Assembly: GCA_046331705.1 (NCBI GenBank)
Contig: JAXLQJ010000058.1
Coordinates: 1-46,305 of the forward strand
Length of the DNA: 46,305 bases
From: a bacterium
GTDB taxonomy: Bacteria; JADJOY01
Direction of reading: 5' to 3'
Each line of letters opens with the position of its first letter. Within the stretch, counting starts at the first letter, position 1. Below the pieces are notes generated by a model. That model had not been told where the DNA came from and searched no databases. It worked only from the letters and a program-made list of their open reading frames with translations. Made by a program: the position numbers and the translations under genes. This document shows, piece by piece, positions 20,023 to 39,400 of the stretch.

Positions 20023-22137
20023 ATGGCCGATCGGCCGCACAACGGCCTCGCCGCGACCGCCGAGCGCCCTCCGCTCGACCGACGCCGCGTGAGCGTCATC
20101 GCGGGAATCACGCTCGGCGTGATCGTGGGCCTCGTCGACGCGATCTTCGTGTGGCGCTTCGACGAAGCGAGCCCCGCGGCCCGTGGGCTTCGCTCGCTCG
20201 CGGCGTTCCTGACTCCGAGCCCCGTGTGGCGGCTGAGCCCGCTCTTCGTGACCGCGCCGCTGGTCAACGCGGCGGTGGGAGCGCTGCTCGGCGCCGGGCT
20301 CGGCTGGCTGCGCTCCCGCGCGGGCCGGCCGCGGGCGCGACTACGCAGCGAGCTGATGCGCGATGCGCTGGCGCTGGTCTTCGGCGCCGTCGCGCTCTTC
20401 GTGCTCGGCCTCGGCTGTGGCCTGGCTCGCGCGTCGCGAACGCCCGGCCTCGTGATCCTCGGCGCCGTCCTGGGCGTGGCGGCGCTCTACGGCGTCATGC
20501 GCCTGATCGCCGCGATCCTGGATCGGCTGCTGGCGATCCGCCTGGCGACCCATCTCATCCGGCGGCCTCCGTGGCGGAAGCTGGGGATCGCGCTCGCCGT
20601 CGTGGCGGTGGTGGTGGCGATCGTGCCGCGTGCGTTGGCGCCAGCCGCCACCGCGCTCGCGCCAGTGGATCGGCCCAGCGCGGCGGACTCCGCGCGCCCC
20701 GATGGCGCGAGATCGGCGCCCAACATCGTCGTCGTCGTCATCGACACCGCCCGTGCCGATCGGTTCTCCGCCTACGGCTACCACGCGCCCACCACTCCCG
20801 AGATGGACCGGCTCGCGGGGCAAGGCATCCTCTTCGAGCGTGCGATCGCCCCCGGCGTGTGGACGGTGCCGACTCACGCCTCGTTGCTCACGGGCGTGCC
20901 GCTCTGCGTCCACGGCGCCGACGCCACCAGCCCGTACCTGCGGGGCGGCTTGGCCACGCTGCCGGAGGTGCTCGCCCGCCACGGCTATCGAACCGCGGGA
21001 TTCAGCAACAATCCGCTGGTATCGAGCATCACCGGCATGACCCGTGGCTTCGAGCGCTTCGAAGACCATTGGCGCGGCGGCGGATTCGCGCCGCTCATGG
21101 TCTACCAGCGCCTCGGCGAGCTGGTGATCGCCAAGTGGAAGCGCGGCAAGAACCATGGCGGCGCCGACTACACGCTGCCGCGGGTGCTCACGTGGATCGA
21201 CGAGGTCCGCGAGCAAGACGGCGACGCCGGCGAGGCGCGGCCATTCTTCGCGTTCGTGAACCTGATGGAGCCGCACAGTCGGCTCACCTACCATCCCGGC
21301 GTCACCGACGCCTTCCGTGATCCGCGCGACAGCGTCGACGACCTGCTGCGCACGCCACAGACCGCGTTTCAGCTCGTGCGCGAGCCGCCGGCGCTGCGCG
21401 CCGACGACGCGCGGCGCCTGAGCACCCTCTACGACGGCGAGCTCAAGTTCGCCGACGTCGAGATCGGCCGCTTCGTGCGTGGGCTCGAGGCCCGCGGCCT
21501 GCTCGAGGACACGCTGCTCGTGATCACCGCGGACCACGGCGAGGCGATCGGCGATCACGATCTCTTCAGCCACGGCCAGAGCGTCTACGACGAGGTCGCC
21601 CGCGTGCCGCTCATCCTTCGCCACCCGCGGCTCGGCCCCGCCGGTACCCGGGTGCGGACGCCGGTCTCGACCGCCGATCTCTTCCAGACCGTGCTGCGCT
21701 TCGCCGGGATCGCGACGCCCGCGCACCCGTCCGCAGCGATCTCCGCGGACCTGCTCGCGCAGCCGTTGCCGACGCACCCGGTGGTTTCCGAGGTCGAATC
21801 GGTCGACAAGCTGATTCGCGTGGTGCGCGCCGTGGACGCGGACGTCGCCCGCACCGCCGGGCAGAAGACCGGCCACAAGGCGCTCTACGAAGGCCACCTC
21901 AAGTTCATCGCGCGCAGCGACGGCGAGCGCCAACTCTTCGACCTCGACGCCGATCCCGGCGAGCTCACGAATCTCGCGGCGGCGCGGCCGGCGGACGTGG
22001 AGCGATTCGTCGCGGGGCTCGCCGCCTGGCACCGGGTGGTCGGCTGCGACGCCACGGCGACGCGGGGCGCCCAGGCGGCGCTCACCGTCGATCCCACGGC
22101 CGAGCAGGCGCTGCGCGCCCTCGGCTACGTGGAATGA
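20023..22137 (+). CDS. Membrane-anchored sulfatase-like hydrolase/transferase (alkaline phosphatase superfamily)
   Basis: About five N-terminal TM segments; 'PNIVVVVIDTARAD', 'WTVPTHASLLTG', 'EPH', 'YDGE', 'TADHGE', 'DPGE', C-terminal 'LRALGY'; GGAGA RBS. Confidence 0.88.
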   Translation: MADRPHNGLAATAERPPLDRRRVSVIAGITLGVIVGLVDAIFVWRFDEASPAARGLRSLAAFLTPSPVWRLSPLFVTAPLVNAAVGALLGAGLGWLRSRAGRPRARLRSELMRDALALVFGAVALFVLGLGCGLARASRTPGLVILGAVLGVAALYGVMRLIAAILDRLLAIRLATHLIRRPPWRKLGIALAVVAVVVAIVPRALAPAATALAPVDRPSAADSARPDGARSAPNIVVVVIDTARADRFSAYGYHAPTTPEMDRLAGQGILFERAIAPGVWTVPTHASLLTGVPLCVHGADATSPYLRGGLATLPEVLARHGYRTAGFSNNPLVSSITGMTRGFERFEDHWRGGGFAPLMVYQRLGELVIAKWKRGKNHGGADYTLPRVLTWIDEVREQDGDAGEARPFFAFVNLMEPHSRLTYHPGVTDAFRDPRDSVDDLLRTPQTAFQLVREPPALRADDARRLSTLYDGELKFADVEIGRFVRGLEARGLLEDTLLVITADHGEAIGDHDLFSHGQSVYDEVARVPLILRHPRLGPAGTRVRTPVSTADLFQTVLRFAGIATPAHPSAAISADLLAQPLPTHPVVSEVESVDKLIRVVRAVDADVARTAGQKTGHKALYEGHLKFIARSDGERQLFDLDADPGELTNLAAARPADVERFVAGLAAWHRVVGCDATATRGAQAALTVDPTAEQALRALGYVE

Positions 22138-22140
22138 GCG

Positions 22141-23064
22141 TCAGCGCCGGGCGGCGCGGGCGGCGATCGCCTGTCGCACGGCGTCGACGAGCGCGCGATT
22201 GGTGCGGCCGTTCCGTGCCGCGGCCTCGCTCGGATCGAACCGATACGCGGCGCGCTCGGCCTTGTCGAGCGCGCGTCGCAGCAGCCCGTGCACCCGCGGC
22301 GGCGACCAATCGCCCATCACGTCCATGCCGAGCAGGCGCCCGTCGGCGGCCGCCACGAACCACTGGACGATCCGCAGGATCTCGCTCAGCTCGAGACGTC
22401 CCGAATCCCAGTTCACCAGCGCGTCGGCAGGCCGCATCACGTCCTTGTCGATCGTGACGTAGAGCGGCAGGCGAGCGAGCTCGCCGCGCAAGCCGCCGCA
22501 GACCTCGTCGAGCCGCTCGGGTGCCATCGGCCGGTCGGGCTCGGCGCGCAGCGGTCGAGTGGGCACGCGCTCCCATCGCCCGCGCGACAACCGCCGCACT
22601 GCGGGGAACGCCACGGCCTTGCCGCTCTCGAGCGCCCACCACGGCGCCACCCAGCGAAAGACGTTGTCCAAGTCCAAGTCGGCGCCGACGTGGAACAAGC
22701 GCGCGAGCTGCGGATGCGCGAGCGCGTGGTTGACCCAGGTCCCGCAGTGCATGAGCGGCGCGTGGCCAACCCAGTCGGGATGCTTGTCGACGATCAAGAG
22801 GTTGAACGGCTCGCGGATCTGGCGCAGCAACGCCACCGTGACGTGGTGGAAATCGCCCGAGCCGCAGAAGCGAATCGCCGGCTCGCCCGCGTCCGCGGCG
22901 GAGCGCTCGGCCAGCTCGCGCTCGAAGCGACGAAACCGCCCGAACGAGCAACAGATGCGGATCGCGGGGCCCCAATCCCGAAGCGGCACGATGGCCGGCG
23001 CGTCGCTCGCGAGCGCCGCCTGCGGCGTGACGGCGCCGTCCAGATCCAGGATTCGAACCAGCAT
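22141..23064 (-). CDS. Arginase/ureohydrolase-fold protein
   Basis: 'GSGDFHH', 'DKHPD', 'HCGTW', 'YVTIDKDV', 'GMDVMGD' metal-binding pattern. Confidence 0.7.
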   Translation of the reverse strand: MLVRILDLDGAVTPQAALASDAPAIVPLRDWGPAIRICCSFGRFRRFERELAERSAADAGEPAIRFCGSGDFHHVTVALLRQIREPFNLLIVDKHPDWVGHAPLMHCGTWVNHALAHPQLARLFHVGADLDLDNVFRWVAPWWALESGKAVAFPAVRRLSRGRWERVPTRPLRAEPDRPMAPERLDEVCGGLRGELARLPLYVTIDKDVMRPADALVNWDSGRLELSEILRIVQWFVAAADGRLLGMDVMGDWSPPRVHGLLRRALDKAERAAYRFDPSEAAARNGRTNRALVDAVRQAIAARAARR

Positions 23065-23170
23065 GGCGCGAGCTCCGCGCCGCCAAGCCTCGCACAACTC
23101 GCCGCGTCGGTCGCGCGGCGCTCGGGAACCGAGCGCTCCGCGCCAGCGTGAGGTGCGTCGAGCGGCGGGC

Positions 23171-23428
23171 TCAGCCGCCGCTCAACGCCTGGACGATCTG
23201 AATCTCGTCGCGCGCGGCAAGCGGGTGCGCCAGATCGAAGGTCTGCTCGCCGTTCACGAAGAAACGGATGTGCGGTCGCATCCGGTCTTGCTCGTCGATC
23301 ATCCGAAAACGAATGCCCGGAAAGCGGGAGTCGAGCTCGGCCAGCAGCGCTCCCAGCGTCGCGCCGCCCACGTCGACGATCGCGGCCCCGGTGTAGGAGC
23401 GAAGCGGGGTCGGGATGAGCACGTTCAT
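23171..23428 (-). CDS. MoaD/ThiS ubiquitin-like protein
   Basis: 85 aa; 'IPTPLRSYT', 'FFVNGE', C-terminal 'ALSGG'. Confidence 0.9.
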   Translation of the reverse strand: MNVLIPTPLRSYTGAAIVDVGGATLGALLAELDSRFPGIRFRMIDEQDRMRPHIRFFVNGEQTFDLAHPLAARDEIQIVQALSGG

Positions 23429-23460
23429 CGCACGTCAGGATGCGAGTCGGCAGCGCCGGC

Positions 23461-24669
23461 TCACGCCGGCACGCCGGTCTCGACGGCGTAGATCTCGGGA
23501 AGATGGCGCGCGATGCACGACCAGCGCTCGCCTTCGTCGCGACTCATCCACAGCTCACCGCTGGTGGTGCCGAAATAGAGCCCGACGGGATCGTGATCGT
23601 CGGCGGCCATCGCCTGGCGCTTCACCGTCCACCAGGCCTGGCGCTCGGGAAGCCCTGCGGCGAGGCGCCGCCACGTCTTGCCGGCGTTGCGCGTCACGTA
23701 GGCGGACGGCGCGCCGCCAGGGCTGGTGCGCGGCCACACGGTGGTGCCGTCCATCGGGAAGACCCACGCGACGTCGGCGTCACGCGGATGGACCACCATC
23801 GGAAAGCCGACGTCGCCGACCTTCTTCGGCATGCTCCTGCCGATGCGAACCCACTCGTCGGAGGGTCGATCCAGCCGATAGATGCCGCAATGGTTCTGCT
23901 GGTAGAGGCGATCGGGGTTCGACGGACACATGCGCACGCAGTGGGGGTCGTGGAACGTGATGACCGCGGGGTCGAAGCCTTCGACGACCTCCATCCCCTT
24001 CACCAGGGGGCGAAACGTGCGGCCGCGGTCGGTGGACTCGTGGACGCCGCCTCCCGACATGCCGAAATAGAGGTGCTTGGGGTCGCGCGGGTCGACGATG
24101 ATCGAGTGGAGCTTCGGACCGTCGGGAGTGCCGTCCTGCACGGATCCCATCCAGGTCCGGTATTGCGCGTCGTCGTTGATGTCGGAGCACGGATCCCACG
24201 TGACTCCGCCGTCCTCCGAGCGGAAGAGCCCCTGCGGTGACGTGCCCGCGTACCAGACGTTGGGCTCGTTGGCGTGGCAAGGCGTGAGCCAGAAGGTGTG
24301 GTCGACGGCACGGCCTTTCTCGCCCTCGGGGACCTTCGCGAACGCCGGCGGGCGCTTGGCTTCCTTCCACGTGCGCCCGAGATCGGTGGAGCGAAAGACG
24401 GTCGGCCCGAGATGTCCGGTCTTCGCCGCCGCGAGGAGCGTGCGCCCGTCGCGGGGATCGAGCACCAGCTGCTGGATGATGTGACCCAGGAAATGCGGGC
24501 CGTCGACGCGCCAGTCGCGACGCTTGGAATCGCCGTGGAGCAGCCAGGCGCCCTTGCGGGTCGCGACCAGCACCACGGACTTGCGCACGGCGGACGGTCG
24601 TTTGACCGTCGTCTTGCCGCGTTTCGCTGCCTGGGGACGCGCTGCCGATCGGGTGACGTTCCGTGCCAT
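23461..24669 (-). CDS. BNR/Asp-box beta-propeller protein (sialidase-like)
   Basis: Repeated Asp-boxes STDLGRTW, SEDGGVTW, STDRGRTF, TRNAGKTW, SRDEGERW; 'YQQNHCG'; AGGAG RBS. Confidence 0.88.
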   Translation of the reverse strand: MARNVTRSAARPQAAKRGKTTVKRPSAVRKSVVLVATRKGAWLLHGDSKRRDWRVDGPHFLGHIIQQLVLDPRDGRTLLAAAKTGHLGPTVFRSTDLGRTWKEAKRPPAFAKVPEGEKGRAVDHTFWLTPCHANEPNVWYAGTSPQGLFRSEDGGVTWDPCSDINDDAQYRTWMGSVQDGTPDGPKLHSIIVDPRDPKHLYFGMSGGGVHESTDRGRTFRPLVKGMEVVEGFDPAVITFHDPHCVRMCPSNPDRLYQQNHCGIYRLDRPSDEWVRIGRSMPKKVGDVGFPMVVHPRDADVAWVFPMDGTTVWPRTSPGGAPSAYVTRNAGKTWRRLAAGLPERQAWWTVKRQAMAADDHDPVGLYFGTTSGELWMSRDEGERWSCIARHLPEIYAVETGVPA

Positions 24670-24822
24670 CGCTCTCTCCTTCGACGGCACCGCTGCGGCG
24701 CGTCGATCGCGCACGCTTACCACCCGTGCGCGTGAACCTGCAATCGAGGGGTAACCTCCGCGAACGAGCGTCGCCGGATCGCGCGCGCACCCGCCGCGGA
24801 TCGCCCGGCCGCGCGGCACCGA

Positions 24823-25179
24823 TCAGCGCCGACGTGCAGGCTTGCTCTCCTTGCGGTCGACGTCACGCCCGTACGCGCCGTGACGATCGAAACGTCCTTC
24901 CCAGAAGCGCCGATAGCGCTCGAGCCAAGCGTCCACGTCGCGCAGCGGCGCGGCGCGCAGCCGGCAAGGCCGCCACTGGGCGTCACGCCCCCGCTCGACG
25001 AGCCCGGCGCGCTCGAGCACCCGCAGGTGCTTCGAGATCGCCGGCAGGCTCATGTCGAAGGGCTCGGCGATCTCGGTGACCGAGGCCTGACTCGAGGCCA
25101 GGCGCGCGAGGATCGCTCGCCGTGTGGGATCGGAGAGCGCGGCGAAGGTCGCACTGAGCGAGTCGGCGGCGAGGGTCAT
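24823..25179 (-). CDS. ArsR/SmtB-family transcriptional regulator
   Basis: 'FAALSDPTRRAILARL', 'SLPAISKHLRVLERAGLV..GRDAQWRPCRL'. Confidence 0.9.
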   Translation of the reverse strand: MTLAADSLSATFAALSDPTRRAILARLASSQASVTEIAEPFDMSLPAISKHLRVLERAGLVERGRDAQWRPCRLRAAPLRDVDAWLERYRRFWEGRFDRHGAYGRDVDRKESKPARRR

Positions 25180-25180
25180 G

Positions 25181-25212
25181 ATAACCTCATGGTTAATTAA
25201 CCCTTTGGTTAT
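25181..25212. promoter_or_regulatory. Double palindromic operator (TAACC-N4-GGTTA x2), probable ArsR autoregulatory site
   Basis: ataacctcatggttaattaaccctttggttat: AT-rich, dyad-symmetric, immediately upstream of the ArsR start. Confidence 0.75.
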
Positions 25213-25939
25213 CTACGACGCCCCGAGCTCCTCGTCAACTCGCGTTCAGAGCGCTCCCACGACGAGCGCGACGCGACGCCCCGCGAGACCCGCGCACGAC
25301 GCGGCTTCCGCGCGACGCCATCGAGAACACCAGCGCGCGGTGGGGTGTCACGAAAGCGGAAACGCTCGAGCGCGTCACCGGCGCCATTTCGTCTCGTCGC
25401 GGTAACAGCGCCCGTCACGCACGGTCACGGCTCCGTGATCGAATTGACGCGCTGAGCCACGAAAAGGCGTGGGCACGCTCGGTAACGTCGTCTGCCGTCT
25501 CGCGCGACGGCGTACCGGAGAATCCTCCTCACTGCGAATCCTGGCTCCGCGCTCGTAACGCCGGTGTCCTTCCGACGAGTCGCGAGCTCACGACTTGCCC
25601 GCAGCAGCGGCGTCCGTTGCGACGTCACGGTGCCGCCGACGCGTTTCGTTACGAGCGCGTGTCCAGAAACGGCGCACGCGACCTCGCGCGGCGCGTTGCG
25701 ACGCAGGGCGTCGAAACCGGCCACGACGCGCACCCGTCGAGCGACGATCGAAGCTGGCACGCATCTCGCGAGGGAGCGCATCCAAGCCACGCGCGACCAG
25801 GGATGAGGACGCGCAGCGATCGACGCCCGCTTCGGGTCGTCCACGGCATCGTCGCGCACGCGATGCATGGAACCCCGAGGATGGCTCGAAGTTCGATCCG
25901 CACCCGCACCACTCGGTGCGGGAGGAGGAGAGCAGGATC

Positions 25940-27604
25940 ATGGCCGGTCTGGACAAGGAGACGTTGGACGCAGCGATCGCCGCGCTGCACCAGTTCGCGA
26001 CACGAAAGCTGCCGGACGCGACGTTGCTCGAGCTCGACGCCCGGGACGAGTTCCCCGAGGCGATCGTGCGCGAGATGTGCGGTGCCGAGCTCGGCATCCA
26101 GCTCTTCTTCATCCCCGAGGAGTACGGCGGGATGGGCGGCGGCGCCTTCGACCTCTACCGGATCTGCGAGCAGATGGGGCGCATCGACGTCGGTGTCGCG
26201 ACCGGCGTGCTGGCGACGTTCCTGGGCAGTGACCCGATCACCGTGGGCGGCACGCCCGAGCAGAAGACGCGCTACATCGGGCGCATCGCCGAAGAGGGGA
26301 TCCTGTTCGCCTACGGCGCGACCGAGCCGGAAGCCGGCAGCGACCTCGCCGCGCTGCGCACCACCGCGACGCCCGTGGAGCGAGACGGTCGGGTCGTCGG
26401 CTACAAGCTCGACGGCGCCAAGCAGTGGATCTCGAATGGCGGCGTCGCCGATCTCTACACGATCCTCGCCAACGCGCCCGCCGGGCCGAGCTGGTTCGTG
26501 GTCGACCGCGACACCCCGGGCTTCGGCAAGGGAAAACCCGAGGACAAGCACGGCATCCGCGCCAGCAACACCGCGCCGCTCACCCTCGACGACGTCTACG
26601 TGGACGCTGACCGGCTGGTCGGCGGCGTCGAGGGTCGAGGCCTCGTCCAGGCTCAGGCCGTCTTCGGCTACACGCGGCTGATGGTGGCGGCTTTCGGTCT
26701 CGGCGCCGGCTGGGCGGCGCTCGACCGCGCCATTCCCTATTCGACGAACCGAATCCAGGCGGGCGGTCCGCTCTCGGGGAAGCAAGGCTACACGCACAAG
26801 CTGATCGTGCCGCACGTGGTGCGACTGGAAGCGGCGCGCGCCTACATGGAAGAGGTGGGCGAGCGCATCGACGCCGGCGAGGAGCTGCTCAACACCGAAG
26901 GCGCGATCGCCAAGCTACTGGCGACCGAGGCAGGCAACGCCGCAGCCGAAGCGTCCATCCAGGCCCTCGGGGGCTACGGCTACACGAAGGAGTACCTGGT
27001 CGAGAAGATCAAGCGCGACGTGCGCATCACCACGATCTACGAGGGCACCTCGGAGATCATGGAGATGACCATCAGCCGCGACCGCTGGCAGCTTCATCTC
27101 AAGACGCGCGGCGCCCACTACCACGACGAGGCGCGCCGTCTCGAGGCCATCCACGCCGGCGAGCCGCGCGTGGGCGCCGACGTGGCCGCGCTCGCCTGTC
27201 ACGCGCTGGCGGAAGTGCTGGAGCGCGCCCGCGCCGCACGGCTCACGCGCCACCAGCACGTGCTCTTCCGCCTCGGCGCGCTCATCGCGCAGGCGGAAGG
27301 TGCTGCGAGCGCCGTGCGACGCGCCCATCGCGCGGCCACCGGCGCGGCGCATCCCAAGACCGCCGAGCGCTTCGATGCCACGACGCTCGCGGCGCTGAGC
27401 CGCTCGTTCGCCCGGGAGGCGGCGCTCGCCGTCGCGTCCGACGGGCTGCGCTGGGTGGTGGGCGCCGACGGCGTGGCGCAGCACGACGTGGCGGGGTTCG
27501 AGGCCGCGATCGGTCTCGCCGCCATCCACCGTGCGCAACAGGGAACCCTCGCGGACCTGGACCGGATCGCCGACGCCCTCTACGGCCGCGGCGCATCCGC
27601 CTGA
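25940..27604 (+). CDS. Acyl-CoA/acyl-ACP dehydrogenase-family flavoprotein with C-terminal extension, first gene of the synthase operon
   Basis: '[12 protein letters not shown]', 'GAKQWISNG', 'LGGYGY', catalytic 'IYEGTSEI'; purine-rich RBS; 554 aa. Confidence 0.9.
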   Translation: MAGLDKETLDAAIAALHQFATRKLPDATLLELDARDEFPEAIVREMCGAELGIQLFFIPEEYGGMGGGAFDLYRICEQMGRIDVGVATGVLATFLGSDPITVGGTPEQKTRYIGRIAEEGILFAYGATEPEAGSDLAALRTTATPVERDGRVVGYKLDGAKQWISNGGVADLYTILANAPAGPSWFVVDRDTPGFGKGKPEDKHGIRASNTAPLTLDDVYVDADRLVGGVEGRGLVQAQAVFGYTRLMVAAFGLGAGWAALDRAIPYSTNRIQAGGPLSGKQGYTHKLIVPHVVRLEAARAYMEEVGERIDAGEELLNTEGAIAKLLATEAGNAAAEASIQALGGYGYTKEYLVEKIKRDVRITTIYEGTSEIMEMTISRDRWQLHLKTRGAHYHDEARRLEAIHAGEPRVGADVAALACHALAEVLERARAARLTRHQHVLFRLGALIAQAEGAASAVRRAHRAATGAAHPKTAERFDATTLAALSRSFAREAALAVASDGLRWVVGADGVAQHDVAGFEAAIGLAAIHRAQQGTLADLDRIADALYGRGASA

Positions 27605-27646
27605 TTCCACCCGAGCGCTCGATGTCGGGCGCCAAGAGAGGAAGCG

Positions 27647-36396
<8,750 letters not shown>

Positions 36397-36455
36397 AGGA
36401 GTCGATCCGCCCATCCCGCGGCGAGCGCCACGCCCGACCGCGCGAGCGAGGCACC

Positions 36456-39400
36456 ATGTCCCGTGACTTCACGCGCATCGCGATCCTCGACCGTGCCGAG
36501 CCCGCGATGCGTTTCCTGCACGCCGCGCGCGAGCTGTCGCGCGAGGCGCCCGACTCTCCGCCGCTCGTCACCCTCGCGTTTCACACCGAGCCCGACCGCG
36601 GCGCCCCCTTCGTCCGGCGCTGCGACGAGGCCTACGACCTCGGATCCGCCGCCTTCGTCGACGAGCACGACGGGCGCCGCAAGAGTCGCTACCTCGACTA
36701 CGCCAGGCTGACGCGCGCGTTCCGCGAGACCGGCGCCGAAGCGGCGTGGGTGGGCTGGGGCGTCATCGCGGAACAGGTGGAGTTCGCCGAGCTCTGCGAG
36801 CACCTGGGCATCGTCTTCATCGGTCCACCGTCCCACGCGATGCGGGTGCTGGGTGACAAGATCGAGGCCAAGCGCATCGCCGAGCGCTGCGGGATCCCGG
36901 TGGTGCCCTGGAGCGCCGGCGCCGTCGAGACGCTCGACGAGGCGCGCACGCACGCGGAGCGCCTCGGCTACCCGCTGCTCTTCAAGTCGCGCGCCGGTGG
37001 CGGCGGACGCGGCATCCGGCGCATCGAGCGTCCCGACCAGCTCGCGGAGGGATTCGAGCGAGCACGGCGGGAGGCGGCGCTGGCGGTGGGTGATCCCACG
37101 GTGTTCCTGGAGCGCGCCGTCGAGGGCGCCCGCCACGTGGAGGTGCAGATCGTCGCCGACGCGCACGGGCATACCTGGGCCGTGGGCGTGCGCGACTGCA
37201 CGATCCAGCGGCGCCACCAGAAGCTCATCGAGGAGGGCCCCTCGCCGGTGCTCGCGGAGGAGCAAGACCGCGCGCTGCGCGCGATGGCCAAGCGGATCGC
37301 GACGGCCGCCGGATACGAGAACGCCGGGACCGTCGAGTTCCTCTACGACCCTGCGAGCCGTCGCTTCACCTTCCTGGAGGTGAACACCCGCATGCAGGTC
37401 GAGCATCCCGTGACGGAGCTCACCACCGGCCTCGACCTGGTCAAGCTGCAAGTGCAGATCTCCCGCGGCCTGGTGCTCGACGGCGAGCCGCCGCCGTGCA
37501 CGGGCCACGCCATCGAGGTGCGGCTCAACGCCGAGGACCCCGCCCGCGGCTTCGCCCCCGCACCGGGGGAAGTGGTGGCGTTCCGCGCCGCCAACGGTCC
37601 GGGGATCCGCGTCGATGCCGGTGTCACCGAAGGCACCGTGGTCACGTCCGACTTCGATCCGATGCTCGCCAAGCTCATCGCCTGGGGGCGCGATCGCAAC
37701 GAGGCGCTGGCGCGCGTCGAGCGCGCGCTGGCGGAAACGGTGGTGCTGCTGCGCGGTGGCGCCACCAACCGCTCGTTCCTCATGGGCTTGCTCGCCCACG
37801 AGGGCTTCCGCGAAGCGTCCATGGACAGCGGCTGGGTCGACCGCAACGCGGCGCTGATCCTGGAGCCGCCTGCGCGGCTCGCCGAGCTCGCGTTGATCCA
37901 AGCGGCGCTCGCCGTCTACGAGACCGAGCTGGCGCGCGAGCGCAAGGACTTCTACCGCGCCGCCGCGCGTGGCCGTCCGCGCGTCCGCGAGCAGATCGGC
38001 TACGTCGCCGATCTGCGCCTGCGCGGTCAGAGCTACAAGCTCGCGGTGCACCAGCTCGAGCCGAACCTCTATCGCGTCGAGGTGGGCGGACGCAGCCTCG
38101 AGGTCGCCGTCGAGCTGGCGAGCGGCTTCGAGCGCTGGCTGGTGTGCGCGGGGCGGCGCCATCGCGTCGTGTCGCTGGTGGACGACGACCATCTGCTCGT
38201 CGAGATCGAGGGCACGATGCACCACATCGCGCGCGACGACGCCGGCGTGGTGAGGGCGCCATCGCCGGCGGTGGTGCTCGAGGTCTCCGTCGAGGTGGGT
38301 CAGCGGGTACGCACCGGTGAGCGCCTCGCCGTTCTCGAGGCCATGAAGATGGAAGCTCCGGTGCTGGCACCCATGGCCGGCCGCGTGCGCCAGGTGATGG
38401 TGATCGCCAACCTGCAGGTGAACGCGGGCACGCCGCTGGTCGTGCTCGAGCCCGTCGAGCGCGCGGAGACCGAGGAAACGCGTGGGCGACTGAGCTTCGA
38501 GCTGCTGCGCGCGGAGTCGGGTGGGAGCGCGGACCTCGCGACCCGCTGCCTCCGCAACCTCGACACGACGCGACGGCTGATGCTCGGGTACGACGTCGAT
38601 CCGTCGGAGGCGAAGCGGCTTTCCACGGAGCGACCGCTACTCTGCCGCGACGCGAGCGGCGGGATCGAGCGGCTGCTGGCGCGCGAGGACGAGATCCTGT
38701 CGATCTTCGCCGACCTGCGTTCCCTGTTCCGCCGGGAGCCGCCCAGCGAGCGCCCCGACGCGGCGGAGGCACCGCGCAGCGAGGAATACCTCTTCACGTT
38801 CGTGCGCTCCCTCGACCGGGCGGGGCGCGAGCTGCCGCCCGCGTTCCAGGAACGCCTGCGGCGAGCGCTCGCGCATTACGGGTGCACGTCGCTCGCGCCC
38901 GCGCCCGCCCTCGACGACGCGCTGGTGCGCATCTTCAAGTCGCGCCAGCGGCTGGAGGCCCAGGCGCAGGTGGTGCTGCGCATCCTCGAGGAACGGCTCC
39001 ATCGCATCACCGAGCTGCGGGCCCTCGCCACCGACGGCTTTCGCGGCGTCCTCGACGACCTGATCGCGGTCAGCCAGAGCGCGTCTCCTGCGGTCGCCGA
39101 CGTCGCGCGCGAGGTGCGCTTCCGATTCTTCGACGAGCCGCTCTTCGAGGCGGCGCGCGCCCAGGTCTACGCCGAGATGGAAGATCACCTCGCGCGGCTG
39201 GTCGCCGAGCCCGCTGCCGCGGACCGCGCCGCGCGCATCGCCGCGCTGGTCCACTGCCCGCAGCCGCTGGTGGGCGTCTTCGCCAACCGACTCGCCGGTG
39301 CCGAGCTGCCGCTGCGCCAGCTGATGCTCGAGGTGCTGACGCTGCGCTACTACCGGATCCGCGACGTCGCACCAGTGCTCTGCTGCGACCGCGACGGCAC

